Shown one piece after another: positions 21,613-31,063 of a stretch of 64,000 nt of DNA. How positions within the stretch are numbered: position 1 is the stretch's first letter; each line of letters opens with the position of its first letter. Position numbers and translations under genes: made by a program. The DNA is taken from positions 40,683 to 104,682 of the forward strand of contig JAYODQ010000001.1 of the NCBI GenBank assembly GCA_038106355.1, read 5' to 3'. Under the pieces are notes generated by a model. It was given only the letters and a program-made list of their open reading frames with translations. It searched no databases and was not told the origin of the DNA. The DNA is from Candidatus Poseidoniales archaeon (GTDB lineage: Archaea > Thermoplasmatota > Poseidoniia > Poseidoniales > Poseidoniaceae).

Positions 21613-22035
21613 TCATTCGATATCTTGCCTTAGTTGATTTCTGTTGAGTTCCTCATCCCAATTTGAACCTCTTACGTCTTGAATACAATCCTCACAACCA
21701 GGGTATCCTGCCTTAAGTAATTCTTCACAACAATTCAAAAAATCTTGAAGAAATCTTTCACATGGCAAGGGTATAAAGACATACGACAAGTCATCTGATT
21801 TTGTTTGAGATGCGATAAGAGATCCTTGCATTGATTGTATACTCCACGACGCACTCGTCGATGTGGTAAAAAGTGATGATTCAATTCGAGAAGGTAAATG
21901 TTCTTGAACGCTCAGGTCAAAAATGTGAATTTGTTGTTCAAATTGTTCAGGGAAAACAAAATTCACTTTTGAGGCCTTGAGAACTCGTCTTGAGACTTCC
22001 CGAACCGCTGGCCACAGAGGGTCTGTAATCCGCAT
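21613..22035 (-). CDS. Hypothetical protein with CxxC motif
   Basis: ~140-aa ORF ending GYPGCEDC...WDE; start uncertain. Confidence 0.55.
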   Translation of the reverse strand: MRITDPLWPAVREVSRRVLKASKVNFVFPEQFEQQIHIFDLSVQEHLPSRIESSLFTTSTSASWSIQSMQGSLIASQTKSDDLSYVFIPLPCERFLQDFLNCCEELLKAGYPGCEDCIQDVRGSNWDEELNRNQLRQDIE

Positions 22036-22090
22036 CATTTGTAGCGAAAACAAGACAAGTTTTCAAACATGGTTCGTATCCCTTTCAAAG

Positions 22091-23215
22091 ATGGGGCTGT
22101 TTTATCGACTCTTCGTACGACCTGCCCTCAAATTTCAAGATTCGGAAAAAGCTCATCTTCGTTCAATCAAGACCCTCCGAATGAGTTCGCATTTTTTTGC
22201 GACTCGCTATCTTCTCAAAGGCCTCTATGATCCACGTCGCGATATGAACATTCAAGAATTCGGTCTGCATTTCACCAACCCATTTGGTGTAGCAGCAGGC
22301 ATGGACAAAAGCGCTCAAGCACTCTTGGGTTGGTCGTCACTCGGCGTTGGTTTCACTGAAATTGGTGGAATCACTGAGCATCAACAAGATGGGAATTTGA
22401 AACCAAGAATGTTTCGGGTTGATTCACATCAGGTCCTTATCAATCGAATGGGTTTCAATAACATCGGTTCGGATGCAATGGCTAATTTTTTATCCAATAA
22501 AGCCTCAAAAAGAAATTTGCATCATCAACCACTATGGGCAAATATTGGGAAATCAAAAATCACTGAACTATCAGATGCAAAACATGATTACGCTACGACA
22601 ATCGAAAGGCTATGGTCTCATGTTGATGTCTTTGTGGTCAACGTCTCATCTCCAAATACGCCTCAGCTAAGGGAATTACAAGACGAAACACATCTTTTGG
22701 ATTTACTTGAATTTTGTGAACATCGAAATCAGCGTATGGCTGAAAAATATAGTCGTCCACGAAAGCCAATGTTAGTAAAAGTCGCTCCTGATTTGGAGAC
22801 CCATGAATTGGAGGAAATCCTGACAACACTCATGAAGGCAAAATTCGATGGGATTGTTGTATGCAATACTACGACCGCTCGGCCAATATCTCAAAATTCG
22901 ATGGAGGAAAGGAAATTTAAAGAGGTAGGTGGATTAAGTGGAAGATTTCTTCATGAAAAATCGGTTGAAATGATTTCGCAGGCTTACAAATTCACACAAG
23001 GGAAACTTACCATTGTGGGGGTAGGGGGTATTATGAATGCAAATGATGCTATACGATCTATTCGTGCTGGAGCCACATTGATTCAAGCATACTCGAGTTT
23101 TGTTTTTTCAGGTCCGAGTATCGTCAAGACCATCGTTAGGGGTATTGAGAATGAGATGAAGAAAGAAAAAATCTCAAATTATCATGATCTTGTAGGAAGA
23201 GACCATGGTTTTTAA
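22091..23215 (+). CDS. pyrD: Dihydroorotate dehydrogenase (quinone), class 2
   Basis: NPFGVAAGMDK, GNLKPRMFR, INRMGFNN, NVSSPNTP.LR (catalytic Ser), KVAPD, GGLSG. Confidence 0.95.
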   Translation: MGLFYRLFVRPALKFQDSEKAHLRSIKTLRMSSHFFATRYLLKGLYDPRRDMNIQEFGLHFTNPFGVAAGMDKSAQALLGWSSLGVGFTEIGGITEHQQDGNLKPRMFRVDSHQVLINRMGFNNIGSDAMANFLSNKASKRNLHHQPLWANIGKSKITELSDAKHDYATTIERLWSHVDVFVVNVSSPNTPQLRELQDETHLLDLLEFCEHRNQRMAEKYSRPRKPMLVKVAPDLETHELEEILTTLMKAKFDGIVVCNTTTARPISQNSMEERKFKEVGGLSGRFLHEKSVEMISQAYKFTQGKLTIVGVGGIMNANDAIRSIRAGATLIQAYSSFVFSGPSIVKTIVRGIENEMKKEKISNYHDLVGRDHGF

Positions 23216-23628
23216 TGCACGGTGTTACGCAAAAGGTGAGTGGAATGTGGTCTCGTCGCAACCGTCTTCTCATCACTGGAGGATTTTTGACAATTTTACT
23301 CCTTTCCACTTTGTTGCTGGAAAGTCCCGAGCCCACACGGACTGTCGATGAAATTATGGAAAACCCTGAAACTTTTGTGGGCAAAGAAGTTGCACTTCGA
23401 GGCGAAGTGTTCGATGGAAGCTTAAACAACGATACCATGAGGTTTACTCTTGAAGGAGAATCGTCTATGATTGTGATCTCATTCAAAAACGCAGCAGTCT
23501 CCAATGGTTTAGATGACAATAGAACTGTTTATGCCGAAGGTAAAATTGTCAAAATGAACGGTGAATATGTACTCGAAGCCGTGACAATTAAGACATCCTG
23601 TCCTTCAAAATATGAGGCCGAATCTTGA
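23215..23628 (+). CDS. ccmE: Cytochrome c maturation heme chaperone CcmE, CxxxY variant
   Basis: N-terminal TM, OB-fold-like body, C-terminal KTSCPSKYE. Start may be ATG 23245. Confidence 0.85.
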   Translation: MHGVTQKVSGMWSRRNRLLITGGFLTILLLSTLLLESPEPTRTVDEIMENPETFVGKEVALRGEVFDGSLNNDTMRFTLEGESSMIVISFKNAAVSNGLDDNRTVYAEGKIVKMNGEYVLEAVTIKTSCPSKYEAES

Positions 23629-23674
23629 ATCTCATTACCATTGAATTGAAATATGACCCGTTTGAACGATTGTC

Positions 23675-23973
23675 GGGATAGGTGGGGAGCTCGGCGTACC
23701 CTACATCACAAATCGTCGTTATGGTGGACCGAACGCCTTGGGGCGGCGAGAGCGGGCCCTTGGTTTCCACATGCGGACGTTGATGTCTCGCCCCCACATG
23801 ACCTGGGTGTCTTGAACCGTATCCGGAAGGAAACGGGAATGGAATAACCGGGGGACTAGGTCAGGCCGGGAACGGAGCAGCCCTACCTGGGGCCATGGGT
23901 GCTGTGGGGTAACGGGATGGAGAAAGTGTGTGGGCTTGGCCAGGGGCAACGGGCGTCCACCCTTGGCCCTCCC
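23675..23973 (+). ncRNA. ffs: Archaeal signal recognition particle (7S/SRP) RNA
   Basis: ~300-nt GC-rich intergenic island. Helix 8 TAGG-TCAGG-CCG-GGAA-CGG-AGCAG-CCCTA (23857-23885) has the SRP54-binding motif; helix 6 has a GGAA loop (~23817-23836); Alu-like 5' domain (GGGGAGCTCGGCGTACCCT..AAATCGTCGTTATG); T-run after the 3' end. Ends approximate. Confidence 0.93.
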
Positions 23974-23976
23974 ATT

Positions 23977-24465
23977 TTACACATCGAAGATGACTTGGCT
24001 TATCCATGCAGGACCTTCAATTTCTGGGATTGAATGATCTTCGTGAAAGAAGGATTGATTTCTTTCTAGGATCCGAACGAAGTTGTTGTGTGATGTGACT
24101 GCTTTTATTTCGGTTTCGGGGGTGTACACGTCTGAATTGATAAAGATGACATCGGCGTGAATTTGACAACCGTTTCCTGTGTGTTGCATCGAAATTTTCC
24201 CATCGAGATACCATTGCTTTTGAATCTCCCTTCGAAATAAGATTTCATCGAGCCATCGAATCATAATCATCTCCTTGTCGATGGGGCCATCAAAGATTGA
24301 ATTCCATTGTCCATTGCGAACATCTTGATGTGGCTCGATATTGTACAACGAAGGAGCTAAAATAGACATCATACCTTTTGCTGATTGGTCCATGAGCTCC
24401 TCAAAAGTAGGTGCATAACTAAACACTCCCACGTCAGCGGTGGTTGGAAACTGAATAAATCCCAA
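23977..24465 (-). CDS. Archease (RtcB tRNA-ligase cofactor)
   Basis: TTADVG, EIKAVTSH and terminal IFDV motifs; TTG start behind a GGTGA SD. Confidence 0.88.
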   Translation of the reverse strand: MGFIQFPTTADVGVFSYAPTFEELMDQSAKGMMSILAPSLYNIEPHQDVRNGQWNSIFDGPIDKEMIMIRWLDEILFRREIQKQWYLDGKISMQHTGNGCQIHADVIFINSDVYTPETEIKAVTSHNNFVRILERNQSFFHEDHSIPEIEGPAWISQVIFDV

Positions 24466-24473
24466 ATTCTCAC

Positions 24474-25535
24474 CTATCGTTTGGAGACTTGAAGATTCCA
24501 AGCGTGTTCTCCAATGCGATGCAATAATTCTTGTCGTGTAATGACGAAATTTCTCATTTCTTCTGCCGTCAATATGCTTTCACAGGTTGCATTGATCAAA
24601 TACGCCGTATTTTCAACATCAAACTTGTGATACAAAGCCACAGCGATAGCTACAGCTGCTGCATCCAATAAGCCGATGAGTTGTCGAACCTCGGAAATCG
24701 TGCATGGTGCATGAACAGTAACTTCATTCTTAGAATAAATTGTTACTCCATCTATTCCTGAAACGACCACGAGATGTGACCAATGATACTCATGCATGAG
24801 TTGATTGGCTGTATCTTCATCAGAATCTGCACCCAACCTTCTTCGCATCAATTCCATCCCTTGTTGTTGGAATACAACCCATTCCACATTTTGGGTACGA
24901 TGCAGACCAGTCAATTTCGGGTCAGCGATGATAGGGACACCGCTCTTTTTGGCACTTTGAATGAGACTCACGGTGTCCTCGTCGGTAACGACGCCGAGTC
25001 CGTAATCCGATAGAATCAAAGCGGCGGCTCCATCAATGGTTTGGCTTACTTTCGTATACAGTTCTCGAAGGGCTACCGATGGAACTGGATTGTCATCTTC
25101 GATGTCCCAGCGAAGCATCAGTTGCTCATCTCCAATCAAACTCTTTCTGCTACCAAGTAAACGGGTCTTGACTGTAGTTGTATACTCCTCAATTACAATT
25201 GTGTTTTCAGTCGATAGTTGTGCCTCTTCAAGCGATTGAAGAATGAGTTCACCTGTTTCATCGTCACCAACAACTCCAAACAAATTTGTATCAAATCCCA
25301 TTGAAGCAAGTCCTCTAGCCACATGCGCTGCCGCTCCTGCATCTTCCTCTCTGCTGGTTTCTCGAAGAACTGGCACTGGTGCTCTTGAATTCAAATTTTG
25401 AACGACACCATGGATATACCTGTCAAGGACGATATCTCCAACAAGTACAACTTTTCCCTGTGAGGGTTGAGCGAGTGCCTTTTTCATCATTGAAAATCTG
25501 TCGTATAATTTTTGGTCGTCGTCTGTCATTCCCAA
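24474..25535 (-). CDS. PfkB-family kinase-like protein resembling the HldE/RfaE heptose-7-phosphate kinase domain
   Basis: VVLVGDIVLDRYIHG, APVPVL, GAAAHVA, TTTVKTR, ILSDYGLGV, IADPK; the GAGD motif is altered to GLLD. Confidence 0.82.
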   Translation of the reverse strand: MGMTDDDQKLYDRFSMMKKALAQPSQGKVVLVGDIVLDRYIHGVVQNLNSRAPVPVLRETSREEDAGAAAHVARGLASMGFDTNLFGVVGDDETGELILQSLEEAQLSTENTIVIEEYTTTVKTRLLGSRKSLIGDEQLMLRWDIEDDNPVPSVALRELYTKVSQTIDGAAALILSDYGLGVVTDEDTVSLIQSAKKSGVPIIADPKLTGLHRTQNVEWVVFQQQGMELMRRRLGADSDEDTANQLMHEYHWSHLVVVSGIDGVTIYSKNEVTVHAPCTISEVRQLIGLLDAAAVAIAVALYHKFDVENTAYLINATCESILTAEEMRNFVITRQELLHRIGEHAWNLQVSKR

Positions 25536-25541
25536 TTGCCA

Positions 25542-26492
25542 TCAACTCCGTATTTCCTCTAACAATTCTAAGTGTTCATCTTCAGTAATTCCAAATTGAG
25601 TTCGTAATGTGTACAACAGGGCTTGTTCATCATCAGTGATTATTCCATCAAGCAAGGCCGTTTTTAAGGCTTCTTTGTACACCGGGAGATGAGGATTTTC
25701 GCTGTGTGCAACTTTAGCGAGTTCGAGCAGCCTTTGATGGGCCGATGTATCGATTCCAAATGCAGTTCTCATCGTTTCAAGCAATCCAAATTCTTCACCC
25801 TGAATTTCGCCATCCTCTAATGCTTGAATGAGCATTTCAAGATAAATCTCCTCAGGCTCAGGTGCCACAACTTCTCCTCTTGCTTCCTCAGAGATGAGTA
25901 ATACTCTTTTTGGATGAATTCCCCAAAACTGGACGACCTCATTGAGGAGACTTTGTTCATCTTTTGTTATTTTACCATCCTCCCAAGCCCTAGCAAAAAG
26001 GCGTCGAATTAATTCTTCGACCAATTTACCGTTGGCGGATAAATCGCCATCGGGCTCTGAAACTGGGGATACGAGAGGTTGTTCATGCCAAACTCCATCC
26101 TCGTCGATATGAGATAGAATTTTTAGCCAACTTCCTAAGGAGGGGAAGTGCAATGAAAATTCTTTACGTAAGCCATCCTTCTGAACGTCTAGTTTTTTGA
26201 TATGTTTCGTAAGTTCGTGACAGGCTTCAAATCCGATTGATGTTAATTCATACGTACGTTTTCTTTGCCTTTCTCCTGCGATGTGCCTAAGTTCAAATTT
26301 AATGAGTTTTTTATCTTCTAATTTTTTTAATGTCCTCGAAATATGTTTTCGTTGAACAAAAATTGCTGCTGCAATTCCGATTTGAGTAACTTCTACTGGT
26401 GCATCATAGGAACTCGTTCGTATTTGATGTTCGTACAGGTGAAGCAAAGTTCGTTGATCTGCAGAGAACTGCCCAAGTAATCCTTTGACCAC
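25542..26492 (-). CDS. Winged-helix (MarR-like) protein with three TerB-like repeats
   Basis: TQIGIAAAIFVQRKHISRTLKKLEDKKLI...RTYELT wHTH; repeats AWEDGKITKDE, ALEDGEIQGEE, ALLDGIITDDE. Confidence 0.78.
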   Translation of the reverse strand: MVKGLLGQFSADQRTLLHLYEHQIRTSSYDAPVEVTQIGIAAAIFVQRKHISRTLKKLEDKKLIKFELRHIAGERQRKRTYELTSIGFEACHELTKHIKKLDVQKDGLRKEFSLHFPSLGSWLKILSHIDEDGVWHEQPLVSPVSEPDGDLSANGKLVEELIRRLFARAWEDGKITKDEQSLLNEVVQFWGIHPKRVLLISEEARGEVVAPEPEEIYLEMLIQALEDGEIQGEEFGLLETMRTAFGIDTSAHQRLLELAKVAHSENPHLPVYKEALKTALLDGIITDDEQALLYTLRTQFGITEDEHLELLEEIRS

Positions 26493-26555
26493 ACCCTCAC
26501 CTAAAAGTCCGAATCGATGCTATCACATAGCACAATCGGTGTCTTTGATTCATGA

Positions 26556-27701
26556 ATGGTGCGACGACATCAAAAACAATTGTCAACACCAATGGCCATG
26601 GGCGGAAACAGCCGTCAATTTACTCCTCGGGTTCGACCCGTTCGAAGTTTGGGTGAACCACGTACACCAAACGCTCCACCACAATCATCCATTGAAGCTC
26701 CAAAATTGGTGCATGGAAAATGGGAACTTGACTTGCCGCTTGCACAACGTCTTTACCAAAAGAGCGGAATTGGGATGTTTGAACAATCGAAATTCACCAT
26801 TAATCATTATGAATTGGTTTTTTGTTTTTGGTATCGTCATGTTCCTCTGCCAAAATCATTTCATTTTGAGAATTTAATCAAAGAATTCCCCTCGCTCCCT
26901 TATGAAATCGTCATCTATGACGTGCTCCGAAACGGAGGAAATATTCTCGTTCCCAATGAAAATCTAATGCATAGAGAGTTTGTTTTACCCGACCATTCAT
27001 GGGGTGCTTTTTGGGACCGTTCCATGAAATGGCAGAGTTCTGTGCCATTAGGTGCATTGCGATGGGTCCACAGTTCTGAAATCATCGACTGGAATGAATT
27101 GATTGATTGGTCAACATCGTGTTTTGATTTGGGTATTGAAGCACTACTCGTTGTGATTGATGGGGAAATGGATGTGACATCCTACAAAATTGAACAATTG
27201 AATCCTTTTGGTGGACATGATTCTCCTGAAACATTGGACGGCCGTTCCAAAGCCGAACTTGAGCTTCAACTCAAATCCATTCGTAGAACAAAGGAGGGGT
27301 GGTATCTACCTTCACAAGCGAGGGAGTGGCCCCTTCCATCGTTTGGTGTATCTCATTTGTCAGGTTTGTTTTTTTCAAATGAGGAAGTTGAATTTCTACG
27401 GGAATCAAATAATTTTGAGAAAACAGATAAAAAATCACTCTATGCTGATCTTGTTCGAAGAGGATTGATGTTGCGCCCGGGATTCAAATTCGGATGCTGT
27501 TGGAGAGCCTATTCAGCCCCGATGGAAGATGAACATGCTCCGTATCTCATTCCAGATATCGACCATTTGCCCTACAATTTCGAATCCCTCTGCCTATCCT
27601 TGCGCCTATCAGAAGGCGTGAACAAAGCCTGGGCTTATCCCTATTCCAATATCGATAGAGAATGGAAGTACATGACGATCTCTCGATGGAATTCATCCTA
27701 A
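26556..27701 (+). CDS. endA: tRNA-intron (splicing) endonuclease, two-unit euryarchaeal type
   Basis: C-terminal catalytic unit LRPGFKFGCCWRAY...EHAPY...SEGVNK (Tyr/His/Lys triad); N-terminal structural unit ending VIDGEMDVTSY. Confidence 0.85.
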   Translation: MVRRHQKQLSTPMAMGGNSRQFTPRVRPVRSLGEPRTPNAPPQSSIEAPKLVHGKWELDLPLAQRLYQKSGIGMFEQSKFTINHYELVFCFWYRHVPLPKSFHFENLIKEFPSLPYEIVIYDVLRNGGNILVPNENLMHREFVLPDHSWGAFWDRSMKWQSSVPLGALRWVHSSEIIDWNELIDWSTSCFDLGIEALLVVIDGEMDVTSYKIEQLNPFGGHDSPETLDGRSKAELELQLKSIRRTKEGWYLPSQAREWPLPSFGVSHLSGLFFSNEEVEFLRESNNFEKTDKKSLYADLVRRGLMLRPGFKFGCCWRAYSAPMEDEHAPYLIPDIDHLPYNFESLCLSLRLSEGVNKAWAYPYSNIDREWKYMTISRWNSS

Positions 27702-29824
27702 TCAAGTCGCCTTCCCCAAGCATCGAATTCAATAGATTGGGAGGGCTCAACGGAAGAGAAATTGTTTTCAAATTCAGTGATTTGCTGAGGAGAATGTTTT
27801 TTCTCCTTCTTCCAAAAAGTTACGGTTGTTGACACAAAATACACAAAGCCTGTGAAACCCAAAAATGTAGCAGTGACCGTTGATGGTTTGTCCAAAAAAT
27901 CGATGAGTGGTTCTTCTGAGTCCGTCGTTAAGTAAATCTGGTATCTCCATTCTTTGATGCCAGCCAATTGAAGAATGATTGTTCCTTCAACAATCATGTT
28001 ACTAACGAGAAGGTCATTCGGCTCGACAACAAGTTGAATTGTCGTTGCTTCAGATCCCAGCTGAATCGTATTCATATCATTGGTGACTCGTGCGAGTGGG
28101 CCTTCTATTTTTACATCAAAAGTTTCAATTCCATCCCCGATAAACGGGAATGGAATTTGGAGAATTGTTGATTCCGTGTATCGAATTTTAGCCTTATATT
28201 GTTCCGTTGGGAGGGGAATAATTTCGGAATATAGCATACGGTGATGCAAATGTACAACACCGTTTGAACAAGAAATCGAGCCAGAAAGAATGACAGAATC
28301 TTTTGCTTGTGCTGGCTGGTCAAAAGAAATTGTTGCTAAGGTTTCAGTGTGCAGTACCGTTGCACTACGTCCATCATTTGTCTGTAAATTGAATTCACAC
28401 GGTTCAACAAAATCCCCCTTCATGGTAAACGGGGATGATGGTTCATGAAGTGAAACAAAATCTTCGAGGTCGAGATTGAGAAATTGTGAGCAGTTGGGAG
28501 CAAAGAATTGAATTTCTTGATGAGTCTCATTCAAGTGAACTTCAGCAATCCAGTCCACACGAATTCCATCATGATTGAAAATCAGTACGCCAGATGCCCC
28601 AAATGTCGAACCATTTTGGAACAAATCATCCCGCTCACCCTCGTTGACCCCATTGATGACGTCATTTGCGTTATCAGCCTCAATAGCTACCAAGTAGGGT
28701 GTGTTAGGATTTTGATTCACGGAATTTTCTACAAGATTCCCAACCGATGTATCTTGAAACGTAACAAGAAATCCACTTCCGGGTAATGAAGCATCAAATC
28801 CCTCTTGTGTCCGTAATTCAATCCAAATGTATTCTTGTTCCCCTATTGGAATTTTGATAGCCTTGCCGCCTTCACTTCTTCCATCAAAATTAATCGTAGG
28901 GCCAAAGCAAGGTGCATCGGAATTTCTTGGCCATTGTAAATCAACATCATTGTGAATTGGCATTCCTATGAGTTCCATTGAAGCTGCTGAAGGGAGTGAC
29001 GGCGTTCTCCCATCATCATTCCAATTTCCACTTGACATGATATCCCAAATTCCCATGCCATTCCAGTACGAATAGTCGCTATCCTCTGAGGGATACAAAT
29101 CAGCTGCACCCATTTGGTGCAACATTTCATGGAGGAGTGTACCAATTCCATTTTGTCCTGATTTCAAACTTGCCATTGTGTAATGATTGATGGAATAACC
29201 ATCATTTGTTATGTATGGTTCTTCAAAATAACTAAAATGACTCCAAATTCTGTTTGAGTTACTCACGCCTTCTTCCTGCCCTCTTGTCGAGTGGAGGATA
29301 AGCAACCTATCGACTACTTTGTCGCCATTGATATCAAAATCCACCCAGTTTACTGATTGCTCAACATTTGAAACTGCTTCTTCGGCCAAAAATTGAGGCA
29401 TGAATTCTCCCTGAGTTGTGTCACGTTCCCCACCTTCATCAGCACCGTAATAACTCAGTGAATTTGATGCTCGAGTGATGATATCGTGGACGACAATGTT
29501 GAGATGAACTTGACGACCAGTTGATTCTTCAAAGTAAGATGGTGCATTCTCTTCGAGGAGTTGCTGTGCTTGAGCAACTGAACTTTGGTCTGAACGATCA
29601 TGTGAGAAATCAACGAGCAGAACAAGCCATGATTCATTCACATCAAAACCTACCAAACTCATTTCATCTTCTCTATCAATGTCGTATTTGATAGAGTCAA
29701 ATGCATCATCTATCATGTCACTTTGGAGGGTAGTTAATATTGAGAGGCCGAAAAACAAACATGCTATGAAGTAGCCAAGAATCTGCTTTTTTAGCATGAT
29801 GATAACTCCATCAAATGTTTTCAT
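27698..29824 (-). CDS. M6 (immune inhibitor A-like) metalloprotease, membrane anchored
   Basis: VLLVDF, FDINGD..VD, IWSH, HEMLHQMGAADLY, WDIMSSG; C-terminal TM and DAWGRRLD tail. Start may be 29797. Confidence 0.88.
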   Translation of the reverse strand: MKTFDGVIIMLKKQILGYFIACLFFGLSILTTLQSDMIDDAFDSIKYDIDREDEMSLVGFDVNESWLVLLVDFSHDRSDQSSVAQAQQLLEENAPSYFEESTGRQVHLNIVVHDIITRASNSLSYYGADEGGERDTTQGEFMPQFLAEEAVSNVEQSVNWVDFDINGDKVVDRLLILHSTRGQEEGVSNSNRIWSHFSYFEEPYITNDGYSINHYTMASLKSGQNGIGTLLHEMLHQMGAADLYPSEDSDYSYWNGMGIWDIMSSGNWNDDGRTPSLPSAASMELIGMPIHNDVDLQWPRNSDAPCFGPTINFDGRSEGGKAIKIPIGEQEYIWIELRTQEGFDASLPGSGFLVTFQDTSVGNLVENSVNQNPNTPYLVAIEADNANDVINGVNEGERDDLFQNGSTFGASGVLIFNHDGIRVDWIAEVHLNETHQEIQFFAPNCSQFLNLDLEDFVSLHEPSSPFTMKGDFVEPCEFNLQTNDGRSATVLHTETLATISFDQPAQAKDSVILSGSISCSNGVVHLHHRMLYSEIIPLPTEQYKAKIRYTESTILQIPFPFIGDGIETFDVKIEGPLARVTNDMNTIQLGSEATTIQLVVEPNDLLVSNMIVEGTIILQLAGIKEWRYQIYLTTDSEEPLIDFLDKPSTVTATFLGFTGFVYFVSTTVTFWKKEKKHSPQQITEFENNFSSVEPSQSIEFDAWGRRLD

Positions 29825-31061
29825 TTCCTCGAAGTGTTTGAATTATTTTTGTGTTGACTTCAAGGGGTAGATTCGAATTTTTTGAATCAACAATACATTG
29901 CTCCCCATATATGGCCTGCAATTCGACATATTTTTTTGTTGCAGTATCTTGGCCGTAGATGCATTCACTTGTCAATAATTGGTTCTCAAAATCCGATTGT
30001 TGAATTAAGTTTTGACCTTTCCTATGTACAATTGAATGCAAATTTAACCCAATTTTCTGAACTTCAAGCCGATTTAAATTTTCATTAAATCTTTGTGGGC
30101 AAGCATTTCCATCGCAACCAAGAATGGTAAGGTGCGTACATCGGTTATGTATCAATTGATGCATAACCTCATTTCTCGAGGTTGGTAAAGTACAGATTGA
30201 TTGAGTTTGAATCAATTTCATTCCGCTCTTTGGAATGATATTTGAATATTTCATCGCATGGTCGCAACTGCAATCAACAAGTAAATTCCGAATCCTTTTG
30301 CCTTCAGAATCGAGTATATCTTCAATCCCACCTATCGATTTTCCAATCTTGATTGTAAAAGACAGTATGATTTTTGTCAATAGGATATAAGCAATAGCAA
30401 GCATCAGTCCATTTTGAAGTTCAAAGGTTGATACGGAAGCAAGAATAAGTAGCGAGCCGAAACCAAAAATTCGGACCGACCACAATGTGTTATTTTCATG
30501 AGTCAGTATACCAAATATATGCAATAATAAAAATGCAGAATATGTTAATGTTAGCAGAAGCAGAAAAAGGGAGAGGTTCATCCAAATGGATAGCATACTC
30601 ACAATATCGTATTTTGGTTCCAATCCTAGTCCAAGATGAAAGTTGTGCCCTTGTTCAAAGAGCAACTTGGCAAAAAGAAGAGAGAGCAAAGAAATGAATA
30701 GAACTGCAATCTCAGTAATACTAAGCCAATATTTGAACATTTTACGTTCCTTTGGCAAAAGACCCGATTTAGCAAATTGGTAAGCGTGATACATGATCAT
30801 TGGACTCACTGAGATGATGCCCAATAAGATGGTCGAAAACCATCGAATGCGACTCCATTGAGTTGGGTCGTAAATATTGAGGCAAGATGAATGGCAGACT
30901 GTAAAATATTGTACGAGGCGAAGTAATGCATCATCGATATACATCGACCAAAGCCCTATGCAAAGCATCGATGACACAAAGATAATCGTTATACGAAGTG
31001 CTAATTCATCAAAGTGAGAATAAATACTTTCATCGAAATCATCATCGCTAAGGAATGACAT
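29811..31061 (-). CDS. tatC: Twin-arginine translocase subunit TatC with a Cys-rich C-terminal extension
   Basis: HFDELALR, SPMIMYHAYQFAKSGLLPKERK and ~6 TM helices; extra ~160-aa soluble tail. Start moved to ATG 31061. Confidence 0.8.
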   Translation of the reverse strand: MSFLSDDDFDESIYSHFDELALRITIIFVSSMLCIGLWSMYIDDALLRLVQYFTVCHSSCLNIYDPTQWSRIRWFSTILLGIISVSPMIMYHAYQFAKSGLLPKERKMFKYWLSITEIAVLFISLLSLLFAKLLFEQGHNFHLGLGLEPKYDIVSMLSIWMNLSLFLLLLTLTYSAFLLLHIFGILTHENNTLWSVRIFGFGSLLILASVSTFELQNGLMLAIAYILLTKIILSFTIKIGKSIGGIEDILDSEGKRIRNLLVDCSCDHAMKYSNIIPKSGMKLIQTQSICTLPTSRNEVMHQLIHNRCTHLTILGCDGNACPQRFNENLNRLEVQKIGLNLHSIVHRKGQNLIQQSDFENQLLTSECIYGQDTATKKYVELQAIYGEQCIVDSKNSNLPLEVNTKIIQTLRGNENI

Positions 31062-31063
31062 GT

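Noticed and set aside
23588..23949. Short ORFs on both strands in the GC-rich island
   Set aside because: They overlap the SRP RNA; the GC richness is explained by RNA structure.
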